Shown piece by piece: positions 25,558 through 32,303 of a DNA stretch of 64,000 nt (position 1 is its first letter; each line of letters begins with the position of its first letter). The translations under genes and the position numbers were made by a program. The notes below the pieces were generated by a model. That model had not been told where the DNA came from and did not search any database. It worked only from the letters and a program-made list of their open reading frames with translations. The stretch is from the NCBI GenBank assembly GCA_049315725.1, contig JBMOJP010000002.1, positions 17,220 through 81,219 of the forward strand, in the 5' to 3' direction. The DNA comes from Chthoniobacterales bacterium (GTDB lineage Bacteria; Verrucomicrobiota; Verrucomicrobiia; Chthoniobacterales; JACTMZ01).

Positions 25558-26181
25558 ATGAAATCCGCTGCTGTTCTTGCTCTCGCCGCCCTCGCGCTGA
25601 CCTCCCACGGAGTTTTGGCCCAACAACCCAACACCGACTTCAAAGTCACCGGCATCAAACCCGACTTTGTCACCACCCCCGACTATTCGGTCAACTTCGG
25701 CCCGAAAAACAAGCGGGTCGCGAAGAACAAGAACTTCCTTGAAATCGAAACCAACTTTGACTGGCAACCGAAAGCCAACAAGCCCGAGTTTCTCGACGAG
25801 CTGACCTTCACCTATTACGTGCTGCTGAAAAATCAGGATCGCGAGAATCCGAAAGGAACACTCCTCGTCGGCTCGGTGACCCATACGGCGATTCCGCAGG
25901 AGAAGGGACTGAACTCGGTCATGTATGTGAGCCCGCGCACCCTTGAGCGTTTCTTCGCTGGCAAGGTTCCGACGACAGTTGACCAATCGGTCGTCGATCT
26001 CGCCGTGACGATCAGCTCGCAGGGACAGTTGGTCGCCGAAGCGAGCTGGAAAGGCCGCGGCCAGTGGTGGACCACCTACCAGCAGGTCACCGGCTACGTG
26101 CTCAATAAGAACGAAACACCTTTCGGCCCGCTGGCTTGGGACTATTACGAGGCCATCAAGGCCCGGCCCGCCGGCCAGTAA
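25558..26181 (+). CDS. secreted small protein, first gene of the pilus-like locus (Amuc_1102-like by position)
   Basis: 207 aa. Sec/SPase-I signal peptide MKSAAVLALAALALTSHGVLAQ-Q with no prepilin G-F-T-L-x-E motif. The family assignment rests on synteny with the Akkermansia locus order as I recall it. Confidence 0.6.
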   Translation: MKSAAVLALAALALTSHGVLAQQPNTDFKVTGIKPDFVTTPDYSVNFGPKNKRVAKNKNFLEIETNFDWQPKANKPEFLDELTFTYYVLLKNQDRENPKGTLLVGSVTHTAIPQEKGLNSVMYVSPRTLERFFAGKVPTTVDQSVVDLAVTISSQGQLVAEASWKGRGQWWTTYQQVTGYVLNKNETPFGPLAWDYYEAIKARPAGQ

Positions 26182-26225
26182 ACGGCCGACCCCCGCTCAC
26201 CTCCGCCCGAGCCTTCGACCGAATC

Positions 26226-27971
26226 ATGCCCAGGCCTCCCTCCCGCGTCGCCGCCGTCAACCTCGGCATGCAAACCGTCACCATGGCGGTCTTCGACGCA
26301 ACCAAGGATGGCGGGCTGCAACTCCACGCCTTCGCCCAGGCGGATCTGGTGCCGGATCCGGCCGCGGATGCCAGCCGGGGCGGGCAGTTGAAAATCGCCC
26401 TCGACGGCTTGCGTGCTGAACTCGGCTGGAAGCAGGGCTACGTCGCCTGCGCCATTCCCTCGCAGGGCGTCTTTGCGCGTTTCGTCAAGATACCGAAAGT
26501 TGAAGCAGACAAGGTTGACCAGGTTGTGCTTTTCGAGGCCCAGCAGAACGTCCCCTACCCCATTGAGGAAGTGGCCTGGTCCTATCAGGTGCTGCCCGAG
26601 AAGGAGCCGGACTCGTTGAACGCGCTGATCATCGCGACCAAGACCGAGCAGCTCGAGACCGCGGTGGGTGCCATGCAGGAGGCGAAGTTGGCTCCCGACC
26701 TCATCGAGACCTCACCGTCCGCCCTTTACAACGCCTTCCGCTACAACTACCCGGACGTGCAGGGGTGTTCGCTCCTCATTGACCTTGGGGCGCGCGCCAC
26801 CAATCTCCTTTTCATCGAGGGCGACGAAGTCTTCATGCGAACCCTCCCGATCGGCGGCAACTCGATCACGGCGGCCCTGCACAAGAAATTCGAGACACGC
26901 GCCTTCGGCGAAGTCGAGGACTTCAAACGCACGGAGGGATTGATCCCACCGCCGGGAAACTACACCGGGGCCAAGAGCGAGGAAATTGCCGAGATGGGCA
27001 AGATCGCCCGCACCGTGATGACCCGCATCCACAACGAAATCACCCGGTCGGTCACGTTCTACCGGACGAGTCAGAAAGGCGCGGCGCCGATGCGAGTGTT
27101 TCTCGCCGGCGGCGGCGTCTCGCTGCCCTACACCCTCGAATTCTTCAACGAGAAACTCTCCCTGCCGATCGAATTTTTCAATCCCCTCAGGCGCGTCAGC
27201 GTGGGCTCGAGCCTCGCGCCTGAGACTCTGGCCAAAGCCGCCCACACTCTGGGCGAATGCGTCGGCCTCAGCCTGCGCCCGATGACCGGGGACTGTCCGT
27301 TGGAGATCACGCTGAAGTCCGCAGCTCTGGAAAAGGCGCGGGCCAATGACCGCCGGCGCCCATTTCTCTTCGCGGCGGCGGCTGTCTTCCTTGCGGCGAT
27401 CGGCTTGGTCGGCCTGTATTATCGGCAGGCCGGAGCTTACCTCGAAGGAGTCAACACCGGCTTGCAGGCCCAGATTGCACCGCTCGAGCAGTTGAATGGC
27501 CAGATCACCGAGTTGCAAAAACGTCGTGACCAACTGCTCAAGGATTCCCCCGATCTCGCGGCCGCCCCCATCTGGCGGGTTGCCTGGGTCGAACTGCTCA
27601 AGGATCTCAACTCGCGTCTGCCCGCCAAGTTCATCTGGGTGACCAAACTATCACCCTCCCCCGAAGTCCCCGGATTTTCGGCTGCTTCGGCGGCCAAGCC
27701 CACGGCGGCACCAGCAACCGACAAGCCGGGCGAGGGCGCGAACCAGGCCAACGCCGTCAGCGGAATCCTCATCGAGGGTCTCTACTTGGAGAATCCGGGC
27801 GGCCCGGCCGTGGTGAGCGAGTTCGTCGATGCCCTGGCCAAATCGGAACTTTTCGACATCAACGACGGCAACAAGGATGCGGTGATCCAACTGCGCACCG
27901 CGCAAAGCGGTGAAGCGTGGGCTTACAAATACAAACTGCTTCTGCCGCTCAAGCGCCCCATCCCTCTCTAA
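26226..27971 (+). CDS. pilM: PilM-like actin-fold ATPase fused to a PilN-like transmembrane/coiled-coil module (Amuc_1101-like)
   Basis: 581 aa from the ATG at 26226. VAAVNLGMQTVTMAVF, LLIDLGARATNLLFIEGDEVFMRTLPIGGNSIT and VFLAGGGVSLPY are actin/PilM-type phosphate motifs. These are followed by the TM segment RRRPFLFAAAAVFLAAIGLVGLYY, a coiled coil and an alpha/beta C-terminal domain. Confidence 0.8.
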   Translation: MPRPPSRVAAVNLGMQTVTMAVFDATKDGGLQLHAFAQADLVPDPAADASRGGQLKIALDGLRAELGWKQGYVACAIPSQGVFARFVKIPKVEADKVDQVVLFEAQQNVPYPIEEVAWSYQVLPEKEPDSLNALIIATKTEQLETAVGAMQEAKLAPDLIETSPSALYNAFRYNYPDVQGCSLLIDLGARATNLLFIEGDEVFMRTLPIGGNSITAALHKKFETRAFGEVEDFKRTEGLIPPPGNYTGAKSEEIAEMGKIARTVMTRIHNEITRSVTFYRTSQKGAAPMRVFLAGGGVSLPYTLEFFNEKLSLPIEFFNPLRRVSVGSSLAPETLAKAAHTLGECVGLSLRPMTGDCPLEITLKSAALEKARANDRRRPFLFAAAAVFLAAIGLVGLYYRQAGAYLEGVNTGLQAQIAPLEQLNGQITELQKRRDQLLKDSPDLAAAPIWRVAWVELLKDLNSRLPAKFIWVTKLSPSPEVPGFSAASAAKPTAAPATDKPGEGANQANAVSGILIEGLYLENPGGPAVVSEFVDALAKSELFDINDGNKDAVIQLRTAQSGEAWAYKYKLLLPLKRPIPL

Positions 27972-28855
27972 TGGACTGGTTTCGACACAACCCACTTCTC
28001 GGTGGTCTGCTGGTAGCCACGGCCCTCTTGGCTCTGGTCGGTGGCTACTTCGTGCAGACGGGGAGCACCTTCTACGCCGAGCAAGTGGAGGCCTACAGCA
28101 CCCATAGCGGTGCGCTGAACCGTCTCCAAACAGCCAAGCCATTTCCCAGCGAGGCCAATCGTGCCGCGGCTCAGACCGAGTTCGACGCGGCCGAAAAAAC
28201 ACTGCAGGAACTCTCCTCCTACGTGGAAAGCCAGAGCGATCCGGTGCGCCCGCTGAATCCCCAGGAGTTTCAGGACGAGTTGAGCAAGAAAGTGGCAGCG
28301 GTCATTGAGGCCGCAGCCAAGGCCGGTGTGACCCTGCCGGATGGTTTTTATCTGGGCTTCGACGCCTACCGCACCGCTCCGCCGGCGCCCGCGGCGGCAG
28401 CTTTGCTCGGTCAGCAGTTGCTGGCGGTGGAACAAGTCGTCACGCAGTTGATCAAAGCCCAGGTGAAGGGAATCAACAACATCAGCCGCCGCCCCCTGTC
28501 GGTTGAAGCTCCGGGAGGAGATGCGGCCAAGAACAAGAAGGACAAGCCGGGTGAAGACGGCAAAAGCAAGCTGGTTCACCTCGCCCTCGCACCTTTTGAT
28601 GTGGCCTTCGAAGGCGACCAAACCGCTTCCCGCGCCGCCATGGCGGCGATCGTGACAGCCCGCCCCCTCATCTTCATCCGTCTGGCCTCGGTGGCCAACT
28701 CGCAGCCCGAGGCGCCCACGAAAGAAGCCGCACCCGGGGCCACCCCGGTTTCTACCACCGGAACAAATGCCACCGGCATTCCCGTGCTTTTCGGCCAGGA
28801 GACCCTGCAAGTCATCCTGCGCCTCGCCGCCATCTCCGGACCGGAAAACAACTGA
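27971..28855 (+). CDS. Amuc_1100-like bitopic protein (PilO-like position)
   Basis: 294 aa from the ATG at 27971 (TAATG overlap with the upstream stop). N-terminal TM segment LLGGLLVATALLALVGGYF, a long helical region, the block LAPFDVAFEGDQTASRAAMAAI, and the C-terminal GQETLQVILRLAAISG. Confidence 0.7.
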   Translation: MDWFRHNPLLGGLLVATALLALVGGYFVQTGSTFYAEQVEAYSTHSGALNRLQTAKPFPSEANRAAAQTEFDAAEKTLQELSSYVESQSDPVRPLNPQEFQDELSKKVAAVIEAAAKAGVTLPDGFYLGFDAYRTAPPAPAAAALLGQQLLAVEQVVTQLIKAQVKGINNISRRPLSVEAPGGDAAKNKKDKPGEDGKSKLVHLALAPFDVAFEGDQTASRAAMAAIVTARPLIFIRLASVANSQPEAPTKEAAPGATPVSTTGTNATGIPVLFGQETLQVILRLAAISGPENN

Positions 28856-28856
28856 C

Positions 28857-29822
28857 ATGGATTATCTGAAGGCCCACTACGACCGGATCCTGCTCATCGT
28901 CGCCGCACTGCTGCTCTGTGCTGCCGTGGCCTATGTGGTTCTCGGTCTGTCCGCAGTGAGGTCCGAGCATGCCCTTGTGCAGGCCGCCACCTCGGGGGCG
29001 GCCTATCAAACCGATGCCTCCCTCGAGCGGTTGGCCAAGGACGGCGATAAACTCAAGAATCCGGATAAACACCTCTGGCGCGAGGCGGAGACTTCGCTGT
29101 TCATCAGTCGCGTTCATGTTCTGCGGGACGGCCAGCTGGTCGATATTTTGGAGAGCGACACGGAGCTGCACGCCGGCATCCCGAACACCTGGATCATCGA
29201 GAACAAGCTGGATTACACCGATACGAACCTCCCGGCCAACGATCCGGACTCCGACGGCTTCAGCAACCTGGAGGAGTTTCGCGCCGGGACCAATCCCAAG
29301 GATGCCGCGTCGAAGCCTCCCGTTTGGACCAAGCTGCGGATGAAGAGCTACGAGAGAATTCCTTTCCGCATCAAATTCATGGGCGCCCCCAGCGTCTCGC
29401 CGGGCCAGCCCTACTCGTCCGGCACGCAGCTCTCGATCAACATGGGGGACTTGAGCAAGCCCACGCAGTTCCTCAAGGTCGGGGAAAAGATCGCCGGAAC
29501 AAATTTGGTCATCGTCTCGGCCGAATCGAAAGCCGCGACCAACGCGGTCGGCGCGACCGTTGACGTATCGGAGGTGAAGGTGCGCGACACGGCTACCGGC
29601 GACGAAATTCTTCTCATCGCGGACAAGGAGGTCGATTCGCCCTACTCGTTCGCCATCCTCGCGGACCTCATTTCTGGCTCGGACATTCGGGTGGAGAAGG
29701 GTAAAAATTTCCCGCTTGGGACCGACGGCAAGAGCTACAAACTCATTGACGCCACAGAGACTGGGGCTGTAATAGAGGACACGGTGTCGCCCGGGCAACG
29801 TTTGAACGTCCCCCCGCTTTGA
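28857..29822 (+). CDS. Amuc_1099-like bitopic protein (PilP-like position) with an acidic Ca-binding-type motif
   Basis: 321 aa from the ATG at 28857. TM segment ILLIVAALLLCAAVAYVVLGL. NDPDSDGFSNLEEFRAGTNPKD is encoded at 29238-29303. The C-terminal half is beta-rich. Confidence 0.65.
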   Translation: MDYLKAHYDRILLIVAALLLCAAVAYVVLGLSAVRSEHALVQAATSGAAYQTDASLERLAKDGDKLKNPDKHLWREAETSLFISRVHVLRDGQLVDILESDTELHAGIPNTWIIENKLDYTDTNLPANDPDSDGFSNLEEFRAGTNPKDAASKPPVWTKLRMKSYERIPFRIKFMGAPSVSPGQPYSSGTQLSINMGDLSKPTQFLKVGEKIAGTNLVIVSAESKAATNAVGATVDVSEVKVRDTATGDEILLIADKEVDSPYSFAILADLISGSDIRVEKGKNFPLGTDGKSYKLIDATETGAVIEDTVSPGQRLNVPPL

Positions 29823-29872
29823 GCCCCGGCGCAGACCATCCACCCGAGCAACCTGTGAAACCCATCAGCACT

Positions 29873-32296
29873 ATGCCATTAAGCGGGATTCCGTCGTTCC
29901 GACACGCTCTTCCCCTGCTGGCGCTCCTCGCCTGTCTCGCCCCTGGCCTCGTCCAGGCCGGCTCCGGCGGCCAAGTCCCGTCCTCCGGCGTCGAAGCTAC
30001 GGCAGAATTTGAGATCGCGAAGCGGATGCAACTCGCACAGGACTACGCTCCCCAGGCGATGCAGCGTGGATCGATCGCGCTGATGGAGCGGGATTACGAA
30101 ACAGCCTTTGCCCAATACAAAACTGCGGTCGATGCCGTGCCCGACGCGCCGCAAGTCCGGGAGCTTCGCTCGGCCGCCATGGACGGATTCGCCAATGCGG
30201 TTATGGGGCTGGCGGAACAGCGCATCGCGGAGGGCCGATGGGAGGATGCCAAGACCACCGTCAAGGTCATCCTCGAGCCGCAATACAACCCGAACTATAA
30301 GCCTGCCCAGCGCCTGCTCGCCCGCCTCGAGTCGCCCGATTATTTCAACAAGACCATCACGCCGGGCTTTGTCTCCAAAGTCGAAGAGGTCAAGTCACTC
30401 CTAGTCGAGGCCCAGGGCCTTTACGACTCCGGAAGGTTCGACGAATCCTTCGCCAAATATGAGGCGGTGCTGCGCCTCGACCGCTACAACGTGGCCGCCC
30501 GCCGCGGCATGGAGCAGGTCAACCTCGGGCGCTCCCGAGTGGCCGATGACGCCCAGAATCACACCCGTGCGGCCATGATCAGCGAGGTGGACAAAGCTTG
30601 GGAAACCCCGGTGCGCCGCGCCGACCTTGGGCCAGCCGCCGTGATCGAGCAGCCTGTCCTGACCACGCGCGGCACGCAATCGGTCAACCGCAAACTCGAC
30701 GAGATCGTCATTCCCCGCATCAACTTCACGGATGCCACGGTGCGCGAAGCGGTGGAATACCTGCGTCAGCGCTCGGCGGAGCTTGATCTGGACGGCGGGG
30801 ACGTCGGCAATCGCGGAGTCAACATCGTGCTCAAGCTGGATGCGGCAGCCGCCTCGCAAACCATCACCATCGATCTGTCCAACATTCCACTGCGCGAGGC
30901 CCTCGACTACATCACCCGCCTGGCCAACTTGAAGACCAAGATCGAGCCTTACGCGGTTCTCATCGTGCCCCTCTCCGAGGCGACGGATACGCTCGTCACG
31001 AAGGAATACCGCGTGCCGCCCGGCTTCATCACCAGCCTTCCGTCAGGCTCGGCGCCAGCCGCCGATGCCGGCAGTGGCGGCAGCACCGCAGCACGCAGCA
31101 CGGCCAAGGATTTCCTGGAATCGCAGGGCGTGCAATTCCCCCCCGGAGCCAGCGCGAACTTTCTCTCCAGCAGCAGCCGGTTGATCGTCCGCAACACTCA
31201 GGAGAATCTCGATCTGGTCGACGCCTTGGTCGAGAACTCAACCGGGAGCGTGCCTTCGCAAGTCGAGATTGAATCCAAGTTCATCGAGATCTCGCAGCAG
31301 AACCTCAAGGAACTGGGCTTTGATTGGCTCCTCGGCCAGTTCGCCCTGCCCGGTGGATCAGGCGTTTACGCCGGAGGCGGCACGCCCAATGCAACGGGCA
31401 CCACCGCGCCCTTCGCCTATCCCGGGACGGATACCGCCGTGGGCGTAAACAATGTCACGGCAGGAAACCGCACGGGCGAGGCCGCCATAGCAGGAAACGC
31501 CTTGGATGCTCTGTTATTCGGAACTCCCGCCGGTCCCGCCGCCGGTGTTCTTGCCTTGGCCGGTGTCTTCAGCAACCCCCAGTTCCAGGTGGTGCTTCGG
31601 GCCGTGAACCAAAAGAAGGGCATCGACGTTCTCTCCGCCCCCAAGGTGACAACCAAGAGCGGCACCCAGGCAACCATCGAAATCACCCGCGAGTTCCGTT
31701 ACCCGGAGGTTTACAGTCCGCCGCAGATTCCCCAAAGCACTGGTAGCGGAACCCAGCCCATCACCCCGGCCACCCCGGAAAGTTTCAAAATGACCCCAAC
31801 CGGTGTGCGCCTCGTGGTGGAACCTACAGTGGGAGCGGACAATTACACCATCGACCTGCGCTTGCTTCCGGAGGTGACGGAATTTGAGGGGTTCATCAAT
31901 TACGGTTCTCCTATTCTTAACCGTGGCGTGGTCGTGACCGAGAACAAGATCGAATACCCGGTCTTCAACCAACGCAAAGTGGAAACCTCCGTAAGCATCT
32001 ACGACGGCCAGACCGTCGCTCTGGGTGGTCTCATCCGGGAGGACGTGCAGAAGGTCAGCGACAAGACCCCCATCTTGGGTGATATCCCTTATGCTGGAGT
32101 CCTTTTTCGCTCCCAGTCCGACCAGCACATCAAACGCAACCTCATCATTTTTGTCACCGCCACTCTAATGGACCCGGCCGGCCAAGCCTTGGCCGCCGCC
32201 CAGATGCCGATGGAAACCGAGGACCTCGCACCGGCTGACACTTCGCTCGAACTTACACCCGAGCAATCCACTTATGAGCCGCCGCTGCCCAAGTAA
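29873..32296 (+). CDS. secretin-family outer-membrane channel, paralogue 1 (Amuc_1098-like)
   Basis: 807 aa from the ATG at 29873. Signal peptide ending VQA-GSGG. TPR-like N-terminal region, then an STN-like block IPRINFTDATVREAVEYLRQ...IDLSNIPLREALDYITRLANL. Secretin core: QFQVVLRAVNQKKGIDVLSAPKVTTKSG...DGQTVALGGLI...PILGDIPYAGVLFRS...NLIIFVTATLMD. Confidence 0.85.
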   Translation: MPLSGIPSFRHALPLLALLACLAPGLVQAGSGGQVPSSGVEATAEFEIAKRMQLAQDYAPQAMQRGSIALMERDYETAFAQYKTAVDAVPDAPQVRELRSAAMDGFANAVMGLAEQRIAEGRWEDAKTTVKVILEPQYNPNYKPAQRLLARLESPDYFNKTITPGFVSKVEEVKSLLVEAQGLYDSGRFDESFAKYEAVLRLDRYNVAARRGMEQVNLGRSRVADDAQNHTRAAMISEVDKAWETPVRRADLGPAAVIEQPVLTTRGTQSVNRKLDEIVIPRINFTDATVREAVEYLRQRSAELDLDGGDVGNRGVNIVLKLDAAAASQTITIDLSNIPLREALDYITRLANLKTKIEPYAVLIVPLSEATDTLVTKEYRVPPGFITSLPSGSAPAADAGSGGSTAARSTAKDFLESQGVQFPPGASANFLSSSSRLIVRNTQENLDLVDALVENSTGSVPSQVEIESKFIEISQQNLKELGFDWLLGQFALPGGSGVYAGGGTPNATGTTAPFAYPGTDTAVGVNNVTAGNRTGEAAIAGNALDALLFGTPAGPAAGVLALAGVFSNPQFQVVLRAVNQKKGIDVLSAPKVTTKSGTQATIEITREFRYPEVYSPPQIPQSTGSGTQPITPATPESFKMTPTGVRLVVEPTVGADNYTIDLRLLPEVTEFEGFINYGSPILNRGVVVTENKIEYPVFNQRKVETSVSIYDGQTVALGGLIREDVQKVSDKTPILGDIPYAGVLFRSQSDQHIKRNLIIFVTATLMDPAGQALAAAQMPMETEDLAPADTSLELTPEQSTYEPPLPK

Positions 32297-32303
32297 CACT
32301 TTC

